Shown: piece by piece, positions 27,839 to 40,015 of the stretch | Numbering within the stretch: the first letter of the stretch is position 1 | Layout of the letters: every line of letters begins with the position of its first letter | Origin: Octopus vulgaris | Taxonomy: Eukaryota | Direction of reading: 5' to 3' | DNA length: 64,000 bases | NCBI GenBank assembly: GCA_951406725.2 | Contig: OX597815.1 | Location: 77,376,001-77,440,000, forward strand | Notes under the pieces: model-generated | What the model was told of the DNA's origin: nothing | Databases searched by the model: none | The model's input: the letters and a program-made list of their open reading frames with translations, nothing else | Made by a program: the position numbers and the translations under genes

Positions 27839-28565
27839 AAGATAGTAATGATGATACAGTTGACAAGGGAAGGACAAGAGTAAAGAGAAATGACAAGGTG
27901 GGGTGAGGTGCAGGAGATGGGTAGAAGAGACAGATATTAGGCAATGAATACAGAAATAAGACAACATAGAAAGGACAAGATTGAACGAATGTTGTATTAG
28001 TTTAATGCTTAAAAAACAGGAATGAGTCTTGATGTTTCATATAATAGCCCTTCAATAGAAAAAATAAAAGAATAAGAAAAGATGGTGGGGAAAAGTAAAA
28101 TGAGAAAAGGTAGTTGGAAAAAGAGAAAGAGAGAGATGTTGGTGGGGCCAAATGGGGATGTGGTCCTATAGGGAGAATTAGGACGGGAGGTAGAGGTTAG
28201 ATAAAATGTGTATGTATAGTAGGGTATCCATATAAAGAACTGGACATAGGGGGAGTTGCATGTGTGTGATAGTATGGAGTGTGTGGCAGTATGCAAGTAT
28301 GGAGTGTGGAATAGTGGAGATGTGAGAGGATGGTGTGTGGGTGTAATTGTATGCTATGTGAGAGGAAGGCATGGAGGGGAGGAAGATGTGGCAAGCATGA
28401 TTGTAAGGTGGAAGGGGAAGTGAGAGGAATGTGTTAAAAAAAAACATTGTTGAAAAGAACTTTATAAAGAGTTTAAAAAATATTAAAAAGTAGTAAAGTG
28501 ATAACGTGGGAGATTATGTAATAGGTGCAATATTTGGAAAAAATAATTTAAAAAAAGTATATGTA

Positions 28566-29120
28566 TATCATCATTTAATGTCTGTTTTCCATGCTGGCAT
28601 GACATAAGCAGTTTGACTAGAGCTGGTAAGCTGGAGAGCTGCACCAGGCTCCAGTCATTTGTTTTGGTTTGGTTTCCATGGCTGGATGCCTTTCCTAGCA
28701 CCAACCACTCTATAGAGTGTGCTAGGTGTCTTTTATGTGCCAGCAACAAACATGCCTATTACATGTCAGCAGCACAGAGGCCTTTTACATGTCACCAGCA
28801 TCGTCCATGATCATGATTTCATTTAGCTCGACATGTCTTCTCAAGCACAGCAAATCGGCAGAAATCTCAGTTACATGTCATTGCCTCTGTAAAGCTCAAC
28901 AACCAAAGATCATATTTCACTACCTTGTCCCACGTCTTCTTGGATCTACCTCTTCTGCAGGTTCTCTCCACAATTAGAGACTGGTACTTTTTATCCAGCT
29001 CTCCTCATCCATATGCATCACCTGACCATACTAGCACTGTTGTCTCTCTTGCACACTACATCCGATACCTCTTACATGCAATTTTTCTCTTAAGGCACTT
29101 ACACTCTGTTATACATGCAC
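28566..29120 (-). mobile_element. RTE LINE 3' fragment with tail
   Basis: Homologous to 175-630 plus the (GAT)n-ending tail. Confidence 0.8.
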
Positions 29121-29152
29121 TCTCTCTGTCTGTCTGTCTCCCTCACCTCTCT

Positions 29153-29222
<70 letters not shown>

Positions 29223-29526
29223 TTTCTTTAAGCTGATAGTACTCAGGGTTTTCCGACCTTCTGCAAAGATTTTTTTTATAAGATGAACAATAACAAACAA
29301 TAAGAAACTCTGAGTACCAATACAGTAAACAAACCATCAACTTCAAACAAGTAAACAATAATTAGTTCAAATTTACAGAAAACAAAAGATGAAGACAGGT
29401 GTGGGAACAACAAGCAGGTGTTTAACACTCCTCATCATCATCACCACCACTAGCAAGAGCATCAGCATCAGCAGCATCATTTGGAATTCTCTGGAAATCA
29501 ATCAGTTATAGAAATACTCAGAAGGC

Positions 29527-29568
<42 letters not shown>

Positions 29569-29615
29569 GCGCGCACACGCACACACACATGCACACACAT
29601 ATATGTATATATAAA

Positions 29616-30517
29616 CAGGGTGTTCAAGCTAAAATTGAGGGTTATTTATGTTTCCTTTTTTTCAGGAACAGCTTGATATATTGGTGAACAGTCAACAGCA
29701 TTGAAGAGCATAAAGATTAAAGCTGTAGTTGAGAAAAAGTAAGATGACATGGAGGACTGGAAGCCATCTGAATACTGGAAAAAAAGCTACTTGTATCATG
29801 ATGATTCATACTGGATATCAAAATGCTGACATCATGACTGCTGCTCAATATTCTGTGAACACTGTAAAGGCTGTAAGACAGCTGCAATGAACACCACAAA
29901 GCTATAGCCAGCAGGAAAGGACACAACAGGCATTCTGACTGTGCTTGCACACTAGAATTCATCCCCATATCTTTGAACAAGGACTTAAGCTCAATTCAGA
30001 TGGCTATGTGAAGCTGCTGGAGTGCTGGAGACTGGTTAATCTCTGGCTGGAGAAGGTTGCTGCTGAAAGGCCATATGTGTGACTGCAGGATTTGGCTCAC
30101 TGCCATACCTCTGCTAATATTGCTATGTGTTTGCTCCAGAAGTTCTGACATCACCAGTCCCAATTTCTGTTTGCCTAATTCCCCCTATTGTAATTCCATG
30201 AATTACTATATATGAGGCATAGTTGAAAAAGACACTAACTGCCCTGCCTACAACATCAAGCCTGAGCTGACAACCAAGATCAAAGAGGTGTTCAAAGATC
30301 TCCCCAGGGGCATAAGGTGGAATGCATGCACCAGCTTCTAGAGCTGTCTTGGAGCTGTGATGGAAACCGAAGGTGGATACTTTGAGTAAATTGTTATCTC
30401 CCAGCCATAATCTAGTTGATATTTTTTGATTAAAAAAAAAAACATTTATTTTTGGATGGGATATTGTATTTTCTTTTTCCTTTATGCAAACTGTCAAATT
30501 CAGCCTGAACACACATG
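29616..30517 (+). mobile_element. Internally deleted Tc1/mariner (maT/DD37D-like) transposon
   Basis: Termini CAGGGTGTTCAAGCTAAAATTGA / TCAAATTCAGCCTGAACAC; remnants WLEKVAAERPYV*LQDLAHCHTS and PNSPYCNSMNYYI*GIVEKDTN. Confidence 0.8.
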
Positions 30518-30535
30518 TATGTGTGTATACATACG

Positions 30536-30580
<45 letters not shown>

Positions 30581-30733
30581 ATATTAGAAACAAAAGAGAG
30601 AAAGACAAAATGGAATTCACACAAGATAATTTATTGATCACAATGATTATTTCTACACGTCTTGCATCAGTCTCTCTCAGGTGAGATGCTGAACAAATGG
30701 TTGTGGTGCATTCATATGTATGTGTGTGTGTGA

Positions 30734-30770
<37 letters not shown>

Positions 30771-30772
<2 letters not shown>

Positions 30773-30979
30773 AATAGTTATCACCAAGCTAATATGGCAG
30801 TTCAGAAATATTGGACAAATGCTGCTCTTGATTAGCTCCAAGAGGCCATTGCCTCTAGCTAGCTATGTGACATACGTGTGTCATATAGCTAGCTAGAGGC
30901 AATGGCCTCTTGGAGCTAATCAACAGCAGCAGCATCCTATATTTCTGAACTGCCATATTAGCTTGGTGATAACTATTAA
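30771..30979. repeat. Near-perfect 209-bp palindrome, axis at 30875/30876
   Basis: Arms are reverse complements with no spacer; each contains the GTGTGTC..AGCT..AGAGG/CCTCT..AGCT module. Confidence 0.93.
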
Positions 30980-31262
30980 TATCCAGTACTGCTGCTGTAG
31001 TCTCCTTTAGAGAGACTTAGAAATAATAATATTTATATATATATATATATATATTAATTGAAGTGTACAGTATTATATATCCATTGCAGCTCAGGGTTTA
31101 AAAAAGCTGAAGGACCACTACTATAAGTGTCTGAGAAGGGAATATGTTGATTAAAATCAAAATTGACTGATTCTCCAGTATTTTCTATTGCCCAAAACCA
31201 GGAACTTTTCAGCATCACTTCTTATATACATACATGCATATATACATACATATATATATATA

Positions 31263-31701
31263 TATAGTGGTTGTATACTGTCAACACAACCGCTATTTAG
31301 CCCTAGGAAGCATCGACACTTCCTGTCGGCTTTGACACATTTCCCGTGTTCTTATATTTGCAAAGGGGAGGCAAGCACCCCTGCCAGCTAGGAATAGCAC
31401 CTGGGGACATGTTTCTGGGTCTTGCCCGTCATCAGTCCAGGGTAGTAAGTCCTGCTACCTGAGATGGCTGCAACCTCTTTGCAAATATATAATATTTTCA
31501 GTGAAATTTATTCACTGGTTACCAAAATTAGAAATATTGAATTTCTAAATGTCTCAGAGAGACATGTGCAGTGGTGGGGTGATATAGTGGTTGTATACTG
31601 TCAACACAACATGACAGTCCCATAAAGGGAATCACACCACCGCTATCGCCCCACCACCGCTCATGTCTCTCTGAGACATTCAGAAATTCAATATTTCTAA
31701 T
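31263..31701 (-). mobile_element. Retrozyme/Penelope-pLTR-like unit (320-bp period) with inverted tail
   Basis: 28-bp direct repeat at 31263 and 31583; inverted repeat ~31528-31584 / 31644-31700; internal HHR. Confidence 0.75.
31400..31441 (-). ncRNA. Minimal type I hammerhead ribozyme
   Basis: CCUGG-A-CUGAUGA-CGGG-CAAGA-CCCA-GAAAC-AU-GUC-C-CCAGG. Confidence 0.85.
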
Positions 31702-32431
31702 ATATATATATGTATGCATATATGTTTGTGTGTCTATGTTTGTCCCCCCTCCTATTGCTTGACAACCAATGCTGGTGTGTTCATGTCCCCGTAACTTAGC
31801 AGTTTGGCAAAACAAACTGATAGAATAAGTATTAGGCTTACAAAGAATAAGTCCTAGGGTTGATTTGTTTGAATAAAGGTGGTTCTCCAGCATGACTGCA
31901 GTCAAATGACTGAAACAAATTGAAGAATAAAAGAATATATAAAATCATAATTAACCGATCCTCCTGTATTTTCTTTTACCCAAAGCCAGGAACTTTTCAG
32001 CACCCCCTCATATATATACATATATATCGTCTGACAGATAGCTAATTCATACTATTCATACTAAATCACAGACTTGATTGCTAATAATAGACAAAAGTGT
32101 CAATTCAGCATCATGGGAAATTAATATTAATAACAAGTGTTCAATATAAGATGACAGAAAATTGGAAAGAAAAGAAATTGGAAATGTAGAATATCTTATT
32201 TGATTGGGAATATATTTTTCAATTCACAAAAGGTGCAAGCATCACTGTGTGGTCAAAAATTTTGCTTTCCAGCCATGTGGTTTGGGGTTCAATTCCACCA
32301 CATGTCACCCTTGACAAATGTCTTCTGCTAAAACTCTGAGCCAGCCACATCCTTGGAAGAGAGTATTTGGTAGACAGAAACTGAAAGAAGCATGCTCTCT
32401 CTCGCTCTCTCTCACTGTCTCTTTATATATA

Positions 32432-32940
32432 AATAAGAGTTGTGTGAGAACTGCAATGCTGTATGAGAGTGAGATATGGTGTCTGGGGAAAAGAGAGATG
32501 GTAATTTTGAGAAGGACTGAGAGAGCAATGGTGAGAGAAATGTGTGGGGTGAAGCTGTTTGATAAGAGGACAGAGGATTTGATGGGAATGCTGGAGTTGG
32601 AGGAATTGGTGGAATGGTTGGCAAGGGCAAATGGAGTGAGGTGGTATGGGCATGTATTGAGGAGGGATGAAGAGCATGTTCTGAGGAGGATGATTGCGTT
32701 TGAGGTAAATGGAGCACGAAAGCAAGGTAGACCGAGGAAAAGGTGTAGGGGACAGGTGGAGGAGGAGATTGGGAGAGTTGGTTTGAAAAAGGAGGTTGCC
32801 CAAAACTGGGCAAGATGGTGAGATGGTGAAGTTGGTGTGAGGGCAGTTGCTATGGCATTGAAGTAGATCCGGCTACCCCTGTTAACAGGGACAAAACCCA
32901 AATTTGAAACACTGGATGATGAGGATGATGATAATGATGA
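32432..32940 (+). mobile_element. RTE-clade LINE C-terminal fragment (second family), abutting a SINE-A head
   Basis: SCVRTAMLYESEIW...RRTERAMVREMCGV...VRWYGHVLRRDEEHVLRR...GARKQGRPRKR; (GAT)n tail. Confidence 0.88.
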
Positions 32941-33004
32941 TATGTGTGTGTGTGTGTGCACGTCTGTATATACATATATATATATATAAATATATATATA
33001 AAGA

Positions 33005-33326
33005 GGTAAAGATCCCCTTTGGTTATGAATGACCATGAGATTGCACCTAGAAAGTTACCCTCCAAAATACAAGTCCAGGCAAAGTTGTTTATCTAAGACC
33101 AGTAGTCACTCATGCATACTGGCCTCCCCTCTCCATGCCACTGATGTTATCCAAGGGTAAGATAGAGGCCAATACAGCTTGGTACCAGTGATGTTGCCAC
33201 TTATTTCCACAGCTGAGTGAACTGGAACAACGGGAAATAAGTGTATTGCTTAAGAGCACAACACACAGCCTGGTCCAGGAATCAAGCTCACTACCTCATA
33301 ATTGTGAGCCCAGTGCTATAACCACT

Positions 33327-33330
<4 letters not shown>
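33005..33330 (-). mobile_element. tRNA-derived SINE family C
   Basis: CTCAGTGGTTA..GCACTGGGCTCACAA head, then TGTGTTGTGCTCTTAAGCAATACACTT..TTCCAGTTCACTCAGCTG; related copies at 58900-59150, 60150-60460 and 61050-61300. Confidence 0.75.
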
Positions 33331-33371
<41 letters not shown>

Positions 33372-33440
33372 TTATCTATTTATCTATCTATCTAAATCTA
33401 CCTATCTCTCATATATGTGTGTGTATATATATATATATTT

Positions 33441-34093
33441 CCGACCGAGACCTTTGGAAATATGCTGTGCGTGAAAAGACCAGGCAGGACAAGTGAGTCA
33501 AGCCCACTTATGCATGCCTTTCCTCCCTTGGACACACAAAGACCTGTTGAGGCAAGCGAAGTCGATATCGAACCTCATCCGACGACAGGCACCTATGCCA
33601 ACCCCCTTTGCTTGCGAAGACCTGTTGGGGCAAGTGAAATCGGAATCGAAATTGAACCAATCCTATGACTGGCACCCGGCAGATGCCAGGACCCCTGGAC
33701 TGGAGATACGTAACAAGCACTATCCGAATCGTGGCCGATGCCAGCGCCGCCTCGACTGGCTTCCGTGTCGGTGGCACGTAAAAAAAAGCACCATCCGAAT
33801 CGTGGCCGAAGCCAGTGCCGCCTTGACTGGCTTCCGTGCAGGTGGCACATAAAATGCACCAATCCGACCGTGGCCGATGCCAGCCTCACCTGGCACCAGT
33901 GCAGGTGGCACATAAAAAGCACCCACTACACTCACGGAGTGGTTGGCGTTAGGAAGGGCATCCAGCTGTAGAAACATTGCCAGATAAGACCGGAGCCTGG
34001 TGCAGCCTTCTGGCTTCCCAGATCCCCAGTCGAACCGTCCAACCCATGCTAGCATGGAGAACGGACGTTAAACGATGATGATGATGATGATGA
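33441..34093 (+). mobile_element. Young 5'-truncated RTE 3' end with internally repeated 3' UTR
   Basis: Starts with ORF end DRDLWKYAVREKTRQDK*; three ~65-70-bp units (AAGCACCATCCGAATCGTGGCCGATGCCAG..GGTGGCACGTAAAA); (GAT)n tail. An older tandem copy follows at 34105-34551. Confidence 0.85.
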
Positions 34094-34560
34094 TATATAT
34101 ACAGCATGTATCTCTGGAGATATGCTGTGACTGTGAAGACCCGACAAATAACATGAGATCATGTCTGTTTTCTGCACCAGTTTCGCATAGCAGCCCCAGC
34201 CCATCCAAAGTACCTTGGATTGCAGAACGACCTGCTGTGCTTACCTTGGATTGTAGGGTGACCTGCTGTGCTTGAGGAGACCTATTGAGACAAGTACATC
34301 AACATCAAAATAAATATCAAATGGAAATTGTAGTTGGCATGTAAAAAGCACCATCCAAACGTGGCCGATGCCAGTGCCACCTTGACTGGTGTCTGTACCG
34401 GTGGCATATAAAAAGCACCAACTGATCATGGACACTGCCAGATCAGACTGGAGCCTGGTGCAGCCTCCTGGCTTCCTAGACCCCGGTTGAACCGTTCAAC
34501 CCATGCTAGCACAAAAAGCAGATGTTAAACGATGATGATGATGATGATGATATATATAAG

Positions 34561-35419
34561 CAGGGTGCAGTGAATAAACTGTCATCTAAATTATGCAAAA
34601 AGGAAAACAACACTGACATCTCGTTTTATCAAATATTTATCAAAATTACATAAAAATACTTTGAAATACTAAAGAGTAAATTTATTCAATAAAATCGCCA
34701 TTGGCTTCAACCATGGCTTCCAGACGACTTCAGAATCTCCTGCGGCTCTTTTGGACGGTTTTTAAGTTGGTGAATGCTGCCATAATCCTTGCCTTCATTT
34801 CATCTTTGGTGTTAGAAAGAGTTTTGTTGGTCTCTTGCTTAATAGTAATAATAATCAAGAGGGTTGCAGTCTGGGGAGTTAGGTGGCCAGATGTTAGGTG
34901 TGATGTGGTCGCAGAAATTGTCTGACAGCCATGACTGGGTTCTTCTGCTTGCGTGGCATAGTGCAGAGTCCTTTTGCCAGACGTAGGGTTATCCAGCAGT
35001 CAGCCTCTTGACCCAGGGCAGCACTACCTCCTCCAAGCACTTAATGTAGGCCTCTGTGTTGAGTGTGAGGCCATGTGGGAAGATGAATGGAGGCATAACG
35101 TCGCTGTCACTAGTGATCACTCCAAACACCATGATGTTGACTGGATGTGTGATTTTTATCACTCTTGGTACATGTTTTAGTGATTGAGATTGACACCCAA
35201 CACTCTGAAATGTTTGTATAGGAGCTTCTGGCACAAATGCCAAGCAGTACAGCATGTCATTTCCAATTTTCTGGCAGAGCTAATTGCATCAAGGTGTTGT
35301 TTCTCTCAAAGACAGTGTCTAACTAGCCTTACTATACTGTGTAGTCAACAAAATCAAAAACAAACAATATGCATATGCAAAATTAAAAATATAAATGGTG
35401 ACAATTTACCCATCGCGCC

Positions 35420-35422
<3 letters not shown>
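34561..35422 (-). mobile_element. Internally deleted maT/DD37D-like transposon
   Basis: Termini CAGGGTGCAGTGAATAAACTGTCA / TGACAATTTACCCATCGCGCCCTG-TA; HPVNIMVFGVITSDSDVMPPFIF...PYVWQKDSALCH...IWPPNSPDCNPLDYY. Confidence 0.9.
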
Positions 35423-35455
<33 letters not shown>

Positions 35456-35496
35456 CTTTATTCAACTGATATATATATATATGTGTGTGTGTGTAT

Positions 35497-36924
35497 ATCA
35501 TCATCATCATCGTTTAACGTCCGCTTTCCGTGCTAGCACGGGTTGGACGGTTTGACCGGGTCTGGGAAGCCAGGGGCCGCTCCAGGCTCCAGTCTGAATC
35601 TGGCAGAGTTTCTACGGCTGGATGCCCTTCCTAACGCCAACCACTCCGTGAGTGGATTGGGTGCTTTTTACGTGCCACCTGCACAGGGGCCGGAGGGTCC
35701 GGCATCGTCACGATCGGTTCGAGCATTTTAACGTGTCGGGAGGTTGGGGTAAGGAGGAACGATGGCAGGAAGGGTTGGTGTAGGTTCCTAAGAAATAAAA
35801 ACGTAGGATATTACGAGGCGGGAGGGTACTAAAAGGGGATGGTCGGATTGAGGCAGTGTCAGGAGGAAGCGTAAGATCGGTGGGCAGTTGATGAGCTATG
35901 GCGCTAGCAGCTTGTCTTTTCACAGTGAAAGCATATGAGGAGAAGGGGTAGTGGAGGGAGGAGGAGGGAGTAGGGCGTACCCGGTGTAGATGAGTAAGGC
36001 GTATCCGGTGTAGATGGTGAGAACAGGGTATACTGGTATTGGTGGTGGGGGTGAGAACAGTGTTCACCGGTATTGGTGGTGGCGGTGAGAACAGTGTTCA
36101 CCGGTATTGGTGGTGGGGGGTGAGAACAGTGTTCATCTGTATTGGTGGTGGGGGTGGGGGGTGGGGGCGGGCGCACCGCCAATGGCGGAAAGAAGGGAAA
36201 AGATGGGTTTTGTAGAGAGAGATAGGAAAGATAAATCAAGTTATGGCGAAGGCTTGAAAGTAGCCTAAAAGGTTAAATTTTCGTAAATTTTCGATGGGTA
36301 AGACGAATCAAGTTATCAATGTATGAATAAACGTAGTAACAACGAATAAAAATAGTAAGATAAATTTTTAAGAACTTGCTGCGGGCATCGACCGGGAGTT
36401 GAAGAAGAAAGTAAGTTGAATTGGGAGTTTAAATTGCAGAATCGTAATGGTAATGGCGATTTTCAAGTTTTAGCATAAGAAGAAGAAGAGGAGGAAAGAC
36501 CGCCAATGGCGGAAAGAAGGGAAAAGATGGGTTTTGTAGAGAGAGAGATAGGAAAGATAAATCAAGTTATGGCGAAGGCTTGAAAGTAGCCTAAAAGGTT
36601 AAATTTTCGTCAATTTTCGATGGGTAAGACGAATCAAGTTATCAATGTATGAATAAACGAAGTAACAACGAATAAAAATAGTAAGATAAATTTTTAAGAA
36701 CTTGCTGCGGGCATCGACCGGGAGTTGAAGAAGAAAGTAAGTTGAATTGGGAGTTTAAATTGCAGAATCGTAATGGTAATGGCGATTTTCAAGTTTTAGC
36801 ATAAGAAGAAGAAGAGGAGGAAAGACCGCCAATGGTGGAAAGAAGGGAAAAGATGGGTTTTGTAGAGAGAGAGATAGGAAAGATAAATCAAGTTATGGCG
36901 AAGGCTTGAAAGTAGCCTAAAAGG

Positions 36925-36926
<2 letters not shown>
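35497..36926 (-). mobile_element. Young non-coding retroelement: tandem 5' monomers, minisatellite and RTE 3' tail
   Basis: CpG-rich; RTE tail at ~35497-35690; ~34-bp minisatellite at ~36017-36150; monomer array at the 5' end. Confidence 0.75.
36176..36926. repeat. ~325-bp tandem repeat, 2.3 near-identical copies
   Basis: CCGCCAATGG(C/T)GGAAAGAAGGG starts near 36176, 36500 and 36826. Confidence 0.95.
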
Positions 36927-36971
<45 letters not shown>

Positions 36972-37441
36972 CATATCAGTTGAATAAAGTTAAAACATGG
37001 TCTGGTTCTCACGTTTTTTATTAAGGTATTTTAACATTAAAAAATTATTTTGTGATGCTCATAAAGTTAAATTACCACTTTCATACATAGTGTACTCATT
37101 AGATTTCAAACGTGTTTAATTGACAGTTGAGTTTTTGACAACTTTAGAACTTCTTAAAATGCTCCAACCAATTGAATTTTTAGAATACCTTTTTGACCAA
37201 TCCCCATGCTCTTAAACATCATGGTTTGCCAAGCGTACTAATATTCTGTAACTTGTTTATATTTATTAATCCACATCATTAACTGATTGTTATATTATTG
37301 CAGTTACTTCCATTCAGAACAAGTTTGAACATATTAATGAACCATTTTTCTTTTATCTTTCTTCCAACCTCGTTTGTGTCATGTAGTTTGTGGAAAGGAA
37401 AAATTAAAAACATTTTCTGACCACATGTCTCTGTATGTTCA

Positions 37442-37472
<31 letters not shown>

Positions 37473-37476
<4 letters not shown>

Positions 37477-37581
37477 TTGTTTTAGCAGTACATATACTAA
37501 AATTGGAACAATAAAGAGAATATTAGCCTGGCCCCTGCACAAGGATGACACACAAATTTATGAAGTGTTTCATATATTTTT
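37473..37581 (+). pseudogene. U6: U6 snRNA pseudogene
   Basis: Colinear with U6 over ~107 nt (CATATACTAAAATTGGAAC..AGAGAA.ATTAGC.TGGCCCCTGC.CAAGGATGACAC.CAAATT..TGAAG.GTT..ATATTTT). ACAGAGA box mutated to AAAGAGA; upstream is (TA)n rather than a promoter. Confidence 0.93.
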
Positions 37582-37590
37582 ATTGTCAAA

Positions 37591-37987
37591 GGCATGGTTG
37601 TGTGGTAAGAAGCTTGCTTCCCAACCACATGGTTCTGGATTCAGTCCCACTGTGTGGCACCTTGGGCAAGTATCTTCTCCCATAGCCTCAGGCTGACCAA
37701 GGCCTTGTGAGTGGATTTAGTAGATGGAAACTGAAAGAAGCCCATTGTGTATGTGCGTGTGTGTATGTTTGTCTGTCTGTGTTTGTCCCCTACCACTCCT
37801 TGACAACCAGTGTTGGTGTGCTTATGTCCCCGTAACTTATTGGTTTGGAAAAAGGGACGACAGAATAAGTACCAGGCTTTAAAAAAAGAATAAGTACTGG
37901 GGTCAGTTCATTCAACTAACAATTCTTCAAGGTGGTGCCCCAGCATGGCCACAGTCTAATGACTGAAGCAAGTAAAAGATAAAAGAT
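37591..37987 (+). mobile_element. SINE family A, near full length
   Basis: Head, (TG)n spacer and tail as in 12667-13108. Confidence 0.88.
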
Positions 37988-39974
37988 ATATATGTACATA
38001 TGTAATACACACGCACACGCACACACACACACACACACACATACACACACACACATATATAATTTTAAATTGATAATAGAAGGGTAACATTTATTAATTA
38101 GATTAATTAATTAATTAATCAATTAATTAACAATTTTACCAAGTAGATCGGTACATTAAAATAACCTTTATAGGTAAAATAATCCACATATAACAGTAGA
38201 AAAGGAATTTTTAACTCCTATCTCTAATTTCAGTATGTGGTGAAGCAGTTAGCTGAACCCTAATTATAATTATATATATATGTGTTTGTGTGTGTGTGTG
38301 TGTGTGAGTGTATATCTGTGTATGTGTATATCACTGTCTCCTTGCCTTTACTTTATGGAACAGATGTAAAACAACCACCCTTCCCCTCATCATGCAAGCA
38401 GTGTCCTTTGTTTCTTATCTTCCATGAAAACCTGTCTCTATGAAAGAATATTACCTTGATTACAAACAAGCCTCAACAAATTCTGTCCAACCCCTGTGAG
38501 GATGGAAAAGTAGTTGCTAAAATGATGATGATGATGGTGATAAATTTGAAAATCATATGTTAAAGTAATAATGCATCCTGTTTATAAGCAAAGAGAAATA
38601 GAAAAGTCTGTCTATGGCCACTGATCAAGAAGCATCACTTTTGTAGTATTAACAGACAGCAAATTGATAGCGTGAATTTCAAAGAGCAATACAAAGCATT
38701 GAGCTGAACTGAGAATTTCAATTGTGTCTTGAGAACAATTAGTAAATGTTCCAAGAGAAGTATGAGCCAAATTCTTACTGCCAAGTGGCAAAGACAATCT
38801 CTCAGCAGAAAGTAAGTGTGCCGGCATTGAAACAAACTATTGACCAATGGTTGCATAGAACTGTTATGTTTCCTGCTCCTCCCCCTCCCCCTCCTCCTGC
38901 TCCTGCTGCTGCTTCTCCTGCTTCTGCTCCTCCTCCTCCTCCTCCTCCTCATCATCATCATCATCATCATCAGCTTCATCTTCACCAGCATGACCATAAC
39001 AGCTAGAACCAGAACAAGCAGCACCACCACCACCACCACGATCACAGCAACTGGCATCCTCATTCCATTTACAATGACATTCTTGTGTAAATCTAGATTC
39101 AGTCCTCTTTTATCCATCATGGCAAAATGTTGAAATCACCTGAATCTACAGGTAGACCCAATTAATTGAAAGCAACAAGAAAGATCCCTGTTTTAACAGA
39201 ATCTTGAATAGAAAGCAGGAACAGAGGAAGAAGTTATTGAATTTCACATCCTCAATTGTAGTTGATTTCCCTGTTTGCAAATTTCATTTTTAATTGCTCA
39301 ATTATTCATTTGTGAAGTTGAAAGTTAATTTTTTGAGTTCAACTTGTTCACTCACTCTATGTAGTTCAATATCTGTTATCTTTTACTGTTTCAGTCACTA
39401 GACTGTGGCCGTGCTGGGGCACCACCTTGAAAAACTTTAGTTGAATGTATCAACCCTGGTATTTAAATTTTTTTTTTTGTAAAGCCTAGTACCTATTCTA
39501 TTGGTCTCTTTTTGCCAAACTGCTAGGTACAGGGATGCAAACACACCAACACTTGTCAAGCGGTGGTGGGAGACAAATACAGGCACAAAAACACACACAC
39601 ACAACAGGTGTCTTTAACTTAGTTTAAAAAAAAAAAAAATTATTAAAACATTAACATTCCCATATTCATACTTGATATTACTTTGAATGGATGCAAAAAT
39701 AAGTCAAATATTTCCGAGGGGTAGGAGCCATAGAAAAGGTTGAGGACTAATGGCTTAAATGAAACTCACCCTGCTGTTTAGTGAGATATGTACATAGGAG
39801 TGGCTGTGTGGTAAGTAGCTTGCTTATGAACCACATGATTCCGGGTTCAGTCCCACTGCGTGGCACCTTGGGCAAGTGTCTTCTGCTATAGCCTCGGGCC
39901 GACCAAAGCCTTGTGAGTGGATTTGGTAGATGGAAACTGAAAGAAGCCCGTCATATATATGTATATATATATAT

Positions 39975-40015
<41 letters not shown>

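Noticed and set aside
33716-33925. Repeat units superficially like a CRISPR array (also 16258-16820 and 36017-36150)
   Set aside because: Units are contiguous tandem copies without unique spacers, in a eukaryotic retroelement context with no cas genes.
38635-39133. Poly-Pro/His, Arg/Ser and acidic low-complexity ORFs resembling a transcription-factor exon
   Set aside because: Trinucleotide mosaic with no convincing splice sites or recognisable domain in any frame; cannot be fully excluded.
39797-39870. tRNA-like sequence
   Set aside because: It is a SINE-A head with A/B boxes continuing into the SINE body; no complete cloverleaf.
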